Virus record (IMG/VR): IMGVR_UViG_3300008113_000019
Location: 32,001 to 96,000 of that record
Strand: one strand, 5' to 3'
Source: a virus
Lineage: Duplodnaviria; Caudoviricetes
DNA: 64,000 nucleotides
The notes beneath the pieces were generated by a model. It was not told where the DNA came from and searched no databases. It saw only the letters and a list, made by a program, of their open reading frames with translations. Made by a program: the position numbers and the translations under genes. Shown piece after piece: positions 1 through 9,700 of this stretch. The first letter of the stretch is position 1, and each line of letters opens with the position of its first letter.

Positions 1-70
1 CATCAGTGACGTTAATTGACGTTTGAAATGTTGTTCCTTGATCGATAACTAAATTAGCTTTAATTGCCAT
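1..70 (-). CDS. 5' part of a virion structural protein (MAIKANLVIDQGTTF...), runs off the window
   Basis: ATG at 70 after a purine-rich RBS; N-terminus resembles T4-like structural proteins with a 'DQG.TF' start. Confidence 0.55.
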   Translation of the reverse strand, partial: MAIKANLVIDQGTTFQTSINVTD

Positions 71-86
71 CTTCTTCTCTTAAGTA

Positions 87-647
87 TTATGGTGTTGCGT
101 ATGCATCCATGGTTACAAGATTATCAGCCAAAACTTCTTGAGTAATCGCATGTCTTATTTGAGCATTGAATGTTGCAGAGGTCCCGCCAATACTATCGGT
201 GACGCTCCACGTACGAGTATCGGTGACGCTCCACGTACGAGTAGAAGAGCAAGATAACCAAGTTCCTGTTACGTCCGATCCACCATCAAAAGATCCTGTT
301 TGAAGATTTACTCGTACTTCATATTGTCCAGTGTTGTCTGAATTTGCACACCAGAGATATTGATCGATAGTATTTCCGGCGTTATTAGTGTATTGAATAT
401 AACCACTAACGGCATGAACTACCCATTGCACTGTTGCAACAATATTACCAGTACTATATGTAACTGCATCATCATTCAGAGTTACATTATCAAGAAAACC
501 TTTCCAGGTAGATCCATTCCATACTTTAGCATTTGCGGCGTTTACCCAAGAAGATCCATTCCATACAACAAGTCCACGGTCAGAAACGTTTCCGCCGTCT
601 TTATTTACTGCTTTCCATGCAGACCCATTCCAAATGTGCATTGCCAT
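87..647 (-). CDS. tail-fibre-associated protein with WNGS.W repeats
   Basis: Start moved to 647 (TAATG overlap with upstream stop); three W-N-G-S-x-W motifs; follows the collagen fibre gene. Confidence 0.7.
   Translation of the reverse strand: MAMHIWNGSAWKAVNKDGGNVSDRGLVVWNGSSWVNAANAKVWNGSTWKGFLDNVTLNDDAVTYSTGNIVATVQWVVHAVSGYIQYTNNAGNTIDQYLWCANSDNTGQYEVRVNLQTGSFDGGSDVTGTWLSCSSTRTWSVTDTRTWSVTDSIGGTSATFNAQIRHAITQEVLADNLVTMDAYATP
194..241. repeat. perfect 24 bp tandem duplication (encodes TRTWSVTD twice)
   Basis: tatcggtgacgctccacgtacgag at 194-217 and 218-241. Confidence 0.95.
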
Positions 648-2125
648 TAGATTTGAATCCAAATGTCGCCTTGGTTAGAGGCTGTTGGCTGCGAACCTTG
701 AACAAAGACTTGCCCACCGTTTGTATAACCAGTAGTTACATGGCGAATAATTGGGGCGGCTGCGGCCGCAGGATCACCTTTTGATCCAGTAAAACCGGTT
801 GTACCCTGCGGACCTTGTGGGCCTGTCGGACCAGTAGGTCCAGTAGGACCGGTAGAGCCCTGACTACCAGTAAAGCCAGTAGTACCCTGAGATCCTGTGA
901 ATCCGATTGGTCCTTGGGCTCCTACAGATCCAGTAAAACCAGTAGTTCCCTGAGGTCCAGTTGGGCCAGTAGGACCTGTTGCACCCTGGCTACCTGTAAA
1001 TCCGATTGGACCTTGAGGACCAGTTGGTCCTGTTATTCCTTGTGGTCCAGTTGGTCCGGTAGGACCTGTTGGACCAGTTGAACCTTGGCTACCAGTAAAT
1101 CCTGTAGTTCCTTGCGGGCCGGTTGGACCAGTTGAACCTTGTGGTCCTTGAGACCCAGTAAATCCAATTGGTCCTTGCGCGCCTGTTGGGCCTTGGGCAC
1201 CTTGTGATCCAGTAAATCCGATTGGACCTTGAGGACCTGTCGGTCCTGTAGATCCGGCAACGCCTTGCGATCCAGTGAATCCAGTAGTTCCTTGAGGACC
1301 AGTCGGTCCTGTTGAACCAGTTGCGCCCTGCGATCCAGTAAAGCCTACATCACCACGAGATCCAGTAAATCCGATTGGACCTTGTGGACCTGTCGGTCCT
1401 GTTGCACCATTCGATCCATTAGTACCAGCAGATCCAGTGAAACCGATCGGCCCTTGTGATCCTTGGGCACCCTGTGATCCTGTAAATCCTGTTGGACCAG
1501 TCGGACCTGCTGTACCATTTGTACCAGCAGATCCGGTAAATCCAATTGGACCGGCGGATCCGGTAAATCCAATTGAACCTTGCGACCCTGTAAATCCTGT
1601 TGGACCAGTAGGACCGGCACCGGCCGACCATTCTGCATCTGTTCCATTTGTTTTTAGAATATATCCGATAACTGCTGCATTTTGTGCTGGTAGCAGATTG
1701 TTAAGGCCGGCCGATCTAGTCGCTGCGTTGGTACCACCTTGAGCAATATTCAAGATGCCGTTGGAAATAGAAGAAGCGTTAACGCTGAAACCGATAGCAT
1801 TTGCAACAATACCAGAACCGGCTCTTAGATTAATCGACGCCGAATTAGCAACGATAATAGAATTTGCTACAGTAATATTATTTGAATATACATCAAAAGT
1901 TCTTGTGGTATTCCCAAGAAATCTTCCATTTGCATTCGGAATCACATCACCAGAAACATTGATGTTACCATTTACCGATACCGCTGAATTAAGAGTAACT
2001 GACCCGTTAACAGTTAAAGTCTGGTTTACTGTTGCGTGTGCATTAACAGCAACATTTGCCTGAAAGAGTGAATCACCGCCTGTTACTAAGAGTCCGTTGT
2101 CTGTTTTAAATGGAGTATTTGCCAT
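647..2125 (-). CDS. collagen-like tail fibre protein
   Basis: Roughly 280 aa continuous Gly-X-Y repeat ([12 protein letters not shown]) between non-collagen ends. Confidence 0.9.
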   Translation of the reverse strand: MANTPFKTDNGLLVTGGDSLFQANVAVNAHATVNQTLTVNGSVTLNSAVSVNGNINVSGDVIPNANGRFLGNTTRTFDVYSNNITVANSIIVANSASINLRAGSGIVANAIGFSVNASSISNGILNIAQGGTNAATRSAGLNNLLPAQNAAVIGYILKTNGTDAEWSAGAGPTGPTGFTGSQGSIGFTGSAGPIGFTGSAGTNGTAGPTGPTGFTGSQGAQGSQGPIGFTGSAGTNGSNGATGPTGPQGPIGFTGSRGDVGFTGSQGATGSTGPTGPQGTTGFTGSQGVAGSTGPTGPQGPIGFTGSQGAQGPTGAQGPIGFTGSQGPQGSTGPTGPQGTTGFTGSQGSTGPTGPTGPTGPQGITGPTGPQGPIGFTGSQGATGPTGPTGPQGTTGFTGSVGAQGPIGFTGSQGTTGFTGSQGSTGPTGPTGPTGPQGPQGTTGFTGSKGDPAAAAAPIIRHVTTGYTNGGQVFVQGSQPTASNQGDIWIQI

Positions 2126-2132
2126 GTCAACC

Positions 2133-4430
2133 TTACTTAATTAGATGAGCTACGACCTTCACGGCCGAGTTTGCAACAGTCTGAACGAGATAGAGATTCA
2201 CATTCGCAGTATCAGTATTTGCAGTAAATGTTCCGAGTGGAGAAGCGCCACCGTTTGAAGCAACAGTACCATACACAGTCACAAAAGCATTGAGTCCGCC
2301 GTCATGAGCAAGAACCAGTTCCGAAAGTTGTGTATTGCCATTTTTTACTTGGACTTCAAACTTCGCCGAAGAATATGTTGCTTTCGGGAATCTGTAAACA
2401 AGTACAGGACCAACAGTAGAACCAATGTCAGCATTTGCTGCCACGTCGATTACATATTCGTTTTGAAGTGTAGTAACACCGCCAACGGTAAGAGATCCAG
2501 CCAGAGATGTGGCACCGCCAACACCAAAGGTGCTAAGTACGTTAGCCGCACCGGTAACTGTAATCGTGTTCGAAAGTGTTGTCGCGCCAGTAACTGCAAG
2601 AGTATTCGCTAATGATGTTGCTCCAAGAACCGTGAGCGTGCCATCAGTTTCAATTGCAGTCGAAGTGATGAATGTATTAACAGTCGAGTTGCCAACATTG
2701 ATTCGTGTCGTCGACAGATTAACATTAGCACCAACATTCAGTGTAGTTACGTTAGCAGTTGTCGCATTCAGAAGACCTAGTGTTGATAGACCAGTTACGT
2801 TCAATGTATTTGAAAGCGTAGCTGCACCAGTTACTGCAATTGTATTCGAAAGCGTTGCAGCTCCAGTCACACCAAGAGTGCTAGAAAGGGTCGTAGCTCC
2901 AGATACACCAAGAGTATTTGAAAGCGTAGCAGCGCCGGTTACACCAAGCGTGTTTGCTAGTGATGTTGCTCCAAGAACCGTGAGCGTGCCGTCTGTTTCA
3001 ATAGCAGTGGATGTAATGAACGTATTAACCGTTGAGTTACCAACGTTAAATCTAGACGTAGTAAGATTAACGTTTGCACCAACATTCAATGCAACTGAAG
3101 CGTTTGCTGTTGTAGTATTTAGCGCACCATTCAGAGATGCCAGTCCAGTCACACTAAGAGTGTTTGACAAAGTAGCAGCACCAAGGACTGCTAGAGTTCC
3201 ATCGGTATCAATAGATGTAGCAGTAATAGACGTATTAACTGTCGAGTTGCCAACATTGATTCGTGTCGTCGACAAGTTAACATTGGCACCAACATTCACG
3301 GCCACAGAAGCATTTGCTGTTGGTGTATTTAAATTACCGGAAGCAGTAGTCAGGCCGGTGACTGAAAGCGTATTTGAGAGAGTAGTAGCACCGAGAACCG
3401 CTAGAGTTCCATCGGTGTCAATTGCTGTAGCAGTAATTGCAGTATTAACTGTTGAGTTGCCAACATTTACAGCGGTTGTTGTTAAATTGACGTTTGCTCC
3501 AACATTCACGGCCACAGAAGCATTTGCTGTCGTGGTATTTAATCCGGCTGCGGCGTTTGCAAGTCCAGATACGGTCAATGTATTCGAGAGTGTTGTCGCT
3601 CCAGTCACACCAAGAGTGCTAGAAAGAGTTGCAGCGCCTGTAACAGCAAGAGTATTTGAAAGCGTTACATTTCCTGTGACTGCAAGAGTATTCGAGAGAG
3701 TTGTTGCTCCAGTAACCGTAACTGTATTTGCAAAATTAGCATTACTTGTAACGTTAGCAGCACCAGTAACTGTAAGATAACCGGTAGGAGTAATTGCAAG
3801 GTTAGCAGTACCCGACCATGTTCCATTTCCGAATGTACTATTCAGTGTAGAGTTACCGACATATACAGAAGTAGCATTGGCATATACATTTGCACCAATA
3901 GCCATCGCAGTAGTATTACCAACAAACAGGCCGGTGCTGAAAGCAGTCGGTGTCATGTTTGCAGTTGACGTACTATTTGCAATTTGAATGCGCGTTGGGC
4001 TAATATTTGTGTTTACAACATTGTTGGATTGTGTTATAATAGCTATGCTGTTAACGACAGTATTAGCAGTACCAAGACCTAAGTGAACGCCAACTGGACT
4101 AAGGAAACTGTTCGAAGTACTGTTGCCTGCTAGCACACGAATGCCAGCATCAGCGGCGACATAAGCAGTAGCATTTGTGGTAATTACCAGGTTGGCAGAA
4201 AGACCGTTGACATTACCGCCACGAAGAGCATCTGTTACTACAAGATTATTAGCACCAAAGGTACCCCATAGTTGAGAGGTACGGCTAATTGTCGAGTTGC
4301 CAGTGTTAGCATATGTGGTATTGGCCGTGATGATTTCACGTGAAAAGGCATGCAGCAGTTCGTTAGTCTGAAGCAACCAAACTTCAAAACTATCAGTAAT
4401 AATGTCTACGTTAGCTACTTGTCTTGCCAT
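2133..4430 (-). CDS. tail fibre / virion structural protein with beta-helix-like repeats
   Basis: Many 12-aa TLSNTLxVTGAx repeats and three to four longer repeats; position in tail module. Confidence 0.75.
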   Translation of the reverse strand: MARQVANVDIITDSFEVWLLQTNELLHAFSREIITANTTYANTGNSTISRTSQLWGTFGANNLVVTDALRGGNVNGLSANLVITTNATAYVAADAGIRVLAGNSTSNSFLSPVGVHLGLGTANTVVNSIAIITQSNNVVNTNISPTRIQIANSTSTANMTPTAFSTGLFVGNTTAMAIGANVYANATSVYVGNSTLNSTFGNGTWSGTANLAITPTGYLTVTGAANVTSNANFANTVTVTGATTLSNTLAVTGNVTLSNTLAVTGAATLSSTLGVTGATTLSNTLTVSGLANAAAGLNTTTANASVAVNVGANVNLTTTAVNVGNSTVNTAITATAIDTDGTLAVLGATTLSNTLSVTGLTTASGNLNTPTANASVAVNVGANVNLSTTRINVGNSTVNTSITATSIDTDGTLAVLGAATLSNTLSVTGLASLNGALNTTTANASVALNVGANVNLTTSRFNVGNSTVNTFITSTAIETDGTLTVLGATSLANTLGVTGAATLSNTLGVSGATTLSSTLGVTGAATLSNTIAVTGAATLSNTLNVTGLSTLGLLNATTANVTTLNVGANVNLSTTRINVGNSTVNTFITSTAIETDGTLTVLGATSLANTLAVTGATTLSNTITVTGAANVLSTFGVGGATSLAGSLTVGGVTTLQNEYVIDVAANADIGSTVGPVLVYRFPKATYSSAKFEVQVKNGNTQLSELVLAHDGGLNAFVTVYGTVASNGGASPLGTFTANTDTANVNLYLVQTVANSAVKVVAHLIK

Positions 4431-4639
4431 TAATTATTCCTATGTACTAACTGTAGTAAAAGTTCTTTGATATCACGAAGATCGTTTTCAACTTCATCTA
4501 TTCTCTTGCACAGATTGTTGTTTCTTTTAATAGATTCTCGTGTTGCCAAGAACTTTTTATATTCTTCTTCATCGTTATTTATGATGACACCGGTATCGGT
4601 ATCTTTTACATAACCATGATGATTTGTTTTTGCTAACAT
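4430..4639 (-). CDS. small conserved T4-like coiled-coil protein
   Basis: 'VKD..TG.IIN' start and leucine-rich end; translationally coupled to neighbours. Confidence 0.75.
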   Translation of the reverse strand: MLAKTNHHGYVKDTDTGVIINNDEEEYKKFLATRESIKRNNNLCKRIDEVENDLRDIKELLLQLVHRNN

Positions 4640-6714
4640 TATGCAGATACCCCAATTACTTGGATTTGTTCTACCTTTGGTACAGTATGTGTATTTTCAG
4701 AAAGTAGAACAACCTTAATCTGCATAGTATTGTACGTATCAAATTCTGTATATGATGAAGTAACATATCTTGCTACATTGTCATTGGCAATATTATTCCA
4801 TGCAACGTTCTTGTACTTCAGCTTTTGAACACCAACATCGCCAACAATATTAGTGTTTGATATTGGCTTGAAGAGAGTAATAGCAGTAGAGTTTGCACTC
4901 GACACTGGGAATACTTCATGATTCTCAGGTGTAAGAACACTATATACACGAACTAAATCACCAGTAGAAACAATAGAAGATTGATCAGTAGAGGTAGCAA
5001 TCGAGTTGCTGCTGAGAGTTGTCAGGAAAGTACCAGATAGAGCGGTATGAACTTCTGGATATTGTGGAAGACCGTAGGTATATTCCCACAGATCCTTTGG
5101 ATCTTCTGTACTGAATCGATCGGTGTTGTTCTTGAGTTCTAACGGTGTCCAGGCTTTATCATCGAACGCTTCCTTGTCAGCAGCGTTGTGCAGCTTTGCA
5201 TACACCTTGATTTGTGTACCGGCTGGACGATATCCTGCAAGATAGACAACTACGTCTTCTGCGTATCTGCCTTCACCAAACGAGATCTTCTTCGAGATAT
5301 ACTTTGATTTTGCAAGACCGTTGCGATCAACTTCGGTGTCGTAGTCCGTAATACTTCCACGAGTTTCTGTATAGGTATTGTTGATATCATTCTGATAGAA
5401 GAAGAAATCAAGTTCATTGGTCTTCAGATAAGGAACAGAGAATCGATTTGCTTCGGTTACGGCCACATTAAATGTAACGTTGACAACCGCAGATTTTCTT
5501 GTCGCGCCATACAGATTGATGTTATCAACTTCTAACGATCTCGAAAGAATATAAGACTCTCTAGTCGCATTATTGAACTTCAGCAATTCAAGATTATTTG
5601 TAGTGGCTGGCATTGCATTCGATGAGTTAGCAATATTGTAAACCATCGAATAATCTGAAGTGGTTGGATTACCAATCAGGAATGTTGGCTTGAAGTTATC
5701 AACCTGGAATCTATCGAGTGAAATTACATTTGCAGAAGCACCGGATCTTGCACCAATAATTCTGGTTCCGGTTGCAAACTTGACAGAACTGTTTGCAGAG
5801 GAATCTACAAGATACACTTTATTCTTTGTATAGTCTGTGAAGTATACTACACCGATCGGTGGAACCTTGAATCCGATTCCGGAAGCACTAAAGCTTGGGA
5901 ATCTATCAACAGTCATGGCAGTAGCATTAATCACATTTGTAATTGTAAGAACATCGCTCACTGTTCCGTTTGAAACAACAAGCTTGTCTTCGATATTATA
6001 TCCGGTGAGAGTTGTACCAGATCCTACAATCGTATTCGATGCAGAAGACACCGTAACAGTACCGGTGGCATTTGCAACATTCTGATAACACCATTCGCCA
6101 CCGATAAATGCTCCGGATGAAGTAGAGTCGATGGTAAAAAACTCATAGTCTTTGTTTACAAGAGGTACTGTCACAGTGTTTGAAATAAACTGCGCTACTT
6201 TGACCTTGAACTTCAGATCTTTGTTGCTGAACTTGTCATAACTATTTGAGTTAGTTGCCTTATAAAGGAAACCATCAAAACGTGATTGTGAACCTGGCGA
6301 AGCAGTATTGGTAACTCCACCCGATCCGATCAGTCTGTCGCCCTGAACATTTGTCCAAATGTCATAAGCAGGATCGTTATACTTGATTACAATCCCGTAA
6401 TATCTGTCTGTTTTGATTAAAACGGGATTTGAAAAGCCAACAACAGTCGGTGTTTGTGCATCACTGCTGATATTGACAGAATCGTAATCAATCGCCTTGA
6501 CAGAATTAACTAGCGAAAGATTTGGGTTTGGATCGCCGTTTTCTACTTCACAAATCCAAACGTTAATGCCTGGCTTTGTTGTACCACTGACATTAGCATT
6601 TTCTGCAGGCTTTGCTTTAAAGAACAGATCTACGGAAGTCAACATGATTTCAGTCGCATTTGCAACCGTATCAGGATTTACATAGAATGTTTGAATATAG
6701 TCAAATGTCGACAT
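4639..6714 (-). CDS. virion structural protein (resembles the C-terminal part of VrlC/DUF4815 proteins)
   Basis: QTFYV, SVDLFFKAKP, DLKFKV, KYISKKI and QIKVVL motifs. Confidence 0.7.
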   Translation of the reverse strand: MSTFDYIQTFYVNPDTVANATEIMLTSVDLFFKAKPAENANVSGTTKPGINVWICEVENGDPNPNLSLVNSVKAIDYDSVNISSDAQTPTVVGFSNPVLIKTDRYYGIVIKYNDPAYDIWTNVQGDRLIGSGGVTNTASPGSQSRFDGFLYKATNSNSYDKFSNKDLKFKVKVAQFISNTVTVPLVNKDYEFFTIDSTSSGAFIGGEWCYQNVANATGTVTVSSASNTIVGSGTTLTGYNIEDKLVVSNGTVSDVLTITNVINATAMTVDRFPSFSASGIGFKVPPIGVVYFTDYTKNKVYLVDSSANSSVKFATGTRIIGARSGASANVISLDRFQVDNFKPTFLIGNPTTSDYSMVYNIANSSNAMPATTNNLELLKFNNATRESYILSRSLEVDNINLYGATRKSAVVNVTFNVAVTEANRFSVPYLKTNELDFFFYQNDINNTYTETRGSITDYDTEVDRNGLAKSKYISKKISFGEGRYAEDVVVYLAGYRPAGTQIKVYAKLHNAADKEAFDDKAWTPLELKNNTDRFSTEDPKDLWEYTYGLPQYPEVHTALSGTFLTTLSSNSIATSTDQSSIVSTGDLVRVYSVLTPENHEVFPVSSANSTAITLFKPISNTNIVGDVGVQKLKYKNVAWNNIANDNVARYVTSSYTEFDTYNTMQIKVVLLSENTHTVPKVEQIQVIGVSA

Positions 6715-6745
6715 TAATTCCTCTTAGTCTTTTCTTTATTTATTA

Positions 6746-9700
6746 TTAGTAAAGCTGCTCGTTAAGACCATTCCAGTCAATGAATCGAACATTATTTCTA
6801 TCCATTGCATCATTGATATACTGTGAAGTAAATCCAACTGGAATTTCTGTTGTAACAGTCGGCGATTCAACAGTGGAAGCCATTGTAGCAGTCTGCGAAG
6901 TATTCAGGCCAACCGGATCGGCGTAACCATATGGAAGGCTTGTGTAATACTTTAGACCAATAGAACCTGTTGTCTTCGAGTTGCCATCATATGACTGGAC
7001 GGTGAAGACCTTAATTCCAGCCTTTGCCGCAGCCAGTTTGTTTTGTTGCTCAAGATCACTGGTAGCTTCATTGATTCCAGCATCAAAGTAGAAATCAAAG
7101 GTGAGCGTACCATTTGCGTCAGTCAGAAGTCCACTTGTATTTGTTGTGGATGTTCTTGACTGCGAGCACTTCGACGTCTGATCCTCGCCGTCAAATACAA
7201 ACTTGTGATATGTATTTGGTTTTAGACCAGTGATTGCAATTGAGAACTTTTGAGCATCAGAGATATATTCTCCGGTTGGAATCGAACCAAAGAAATCGCC
7301 ATAGACATATTGTGTCGATAGAGAAATTGTAAACTCTGATGGAGAAACGTTATGTACCACACCAGTATAACCGAAATTGGCTGGATTTGGTACAATACGT
7401 GTTTCGCGAGTTACAACATCCGATGGGTAGTATAGTTTGTAACCAAAGGTTCCTGCCTTGGCACTCTGGAAGAGACCGCTGTCGAACTTGCCTTTATAGA
7501 TTCTAAACTTATAGTACTGACCATCATTTGGATTGTGTGTCCAAAGAAGCTTGAAGTGATCTTCGATCCAACCACCAACAGGACCATAAGACTTACGTTC
7601 CATAGAACCTGGGTGTTCAATCTTTCTTCCATCATTCAGGACGCTTAGACCCTTAGCCGAGATATCAGCATTTGTAAGAGGAAGAGCGGCTGCCGAAGTA
7701 TATGTGGTTACATATTCACCGCCAGGTGTCTGAGACTGGAACACTTCCAGAGCCAGGTTGTTATCGCGGCCGTTAATGTAGAACTCAACCGGTCCAGCCA
7801 GACTACTGAATGTATAGAAGAACTCTTCGTATACCGTTCCGCTATCGCTCTTCGATGTGCTACGCTGAGACTGGAGAGCAATCGAAGTGGTTTGAGTAAC
7901 AACGGTAACCTCAACAGGTCCTTCGACCGAACCATCAGTTGCATCATTTTGTGATACAATTGTGAATTCGTTGTATGGAAGCGTTACAACACCTACCGAG
8001 TTATCCTGTGGTTTGAACTCCAGATTGAGCTCAGACAGTCTTGGACCAAGTTGATCGTCCTTGATTGTAGCATAGAACTCTGGGTTTCCAAGATCAGAAT
8101 AATTGTAGTCGGTGAATGGATCAACAAAGAATCCGAAACGGAAACGGTCGGTCAGAGCATCAAGCGACGAAGGAATAAATCTTGCCTTAGCCAGCGCCTC
8201 TGCTAGAGTAAACGATACGTAGTATTCAAGATCCTTGATACGCTTCTCGAGAGAAGCAATATCCGACATCTTGTATCCCTTCACTTGGATACGTGAACGG
8301 TCTGTAGCGCTGATCAGAGTAGTGACAGAATAATTCTTTACTCTTCTTCCGAACGATTCGTTAGCAACCTTCGTATCAATGATCTTCGCCATGTCTTCTG
8401 ACAGTGACTGTGGAAGTGAAGGATACGGTGGGATGTTTAGAACCTGAAGAGTCAAGCTGTTCTGTGGTTCGGGTGGAATCTCATTCTGGAATCCATTCTT
8501 GCCGGTACGAACAACAAAGTCGCCGTTGCTATCAACAACAACACGATCCGATCTACCAAGATAGTATTCGATATTTGCTGTCAGATCAGTGTCAGGCGCG
8601 GGGAAATACTTCTCAGAAGCAGTGAAACGGTTTGCAGCACTTGGTTCTGTTGGGTTAATAATAGAAGCAGCATTTGCTCCTGCAGCAACAGAAGAGATAT
8701 CTGTGATCAAGTTGATTGTATTAGCTGAACGAGGACGGAAGTCATACTGATCACGAAGATCATAATAGATTCCGCTTGTTCCCAGGATCTCTGGGATTTC
8801 CATTGTATGGACATTAGCCGACGCAGTAAGAGCAGTAAACCCAAGGCTATCATCAATTGGATAAGAGCTGATTGTTTTTACGCTAGCGTCACCACCGGTG
8901 AAGACGTCATACTGAACAAGTAGAACGTCATTTGTCGACAGAGCAGTTGCACGTGGCTTTCTGTACAGATAAGAAGTATCTAGATAGTCTTCTTTCTGGT
9001 TTGTGTCAATATAGAAATCATTTGTGACATCCAGCACTCCATACGTGTTTCCGGTAAAGAAGATCGCGCGACCGGTGAGCGTATGGTTCTCAGATGTTCC
9101 TGTTGCGGTAAGAGTCAGATTGGCTCCACCACGAGTAGAAGCAAGAGCCATACCGCTACTATTGGCATATACAGCATAGTATGTTCCGCCGTCAGATAGT
9201 CCTGTAATTGTTGTAGCATTGTCCGCGTAAACAAGTGAGTCTCCATTAGCAAATGGATTGTTGGAAATCTGAATAAATGCGTTTGCAGTGCCGGAGTTTA
9301 AAACACCGGTATTGGCATTGAACGTCTTTGCAGTAGAAGCACCGTTGGCTTGATATACTTTTCTGAGACGGAAAGCATCAGATAGACCAAGAGCCCATGG
9401 TCCACGCACACCACCAGCATTGTTAGAGCACACGAGGCGGGTGTGAACTGAGCGGTTTGATGTTTTTACAGCCGAGCTTACATTGTTTCGCGTAGCGTTG
9501 TAGATCACCATTACGTTAGCAGATGACGAACTACCTGTTGAGTTTGCAATATTGTTTGCAAGGTAGATAGTCATGACTTGGCTATTCGAAACGCTTACGT
9601 TCGCCCAACGCGATGTCTTGTTTGTCAGCGAGATAGGAACGTTTGCTGGGAAGTACAGTGTTGCTGTACCACCAGAATATGTTGCTGTAGCATTTGCAGT

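Noticed and set aside
770-1630. Dense short DNA repeats resembling an array
   Set aside because: Explained by Gly-X-Y collagen codons; no constant repeat with unique spacers, so not CRISPR.
2509-3780. 423-aa plus-strand ORF
   Set aside because: Antisense shadow of the repetitive Thr/Asn/Val-rich fibre gene; no RBS or motif.
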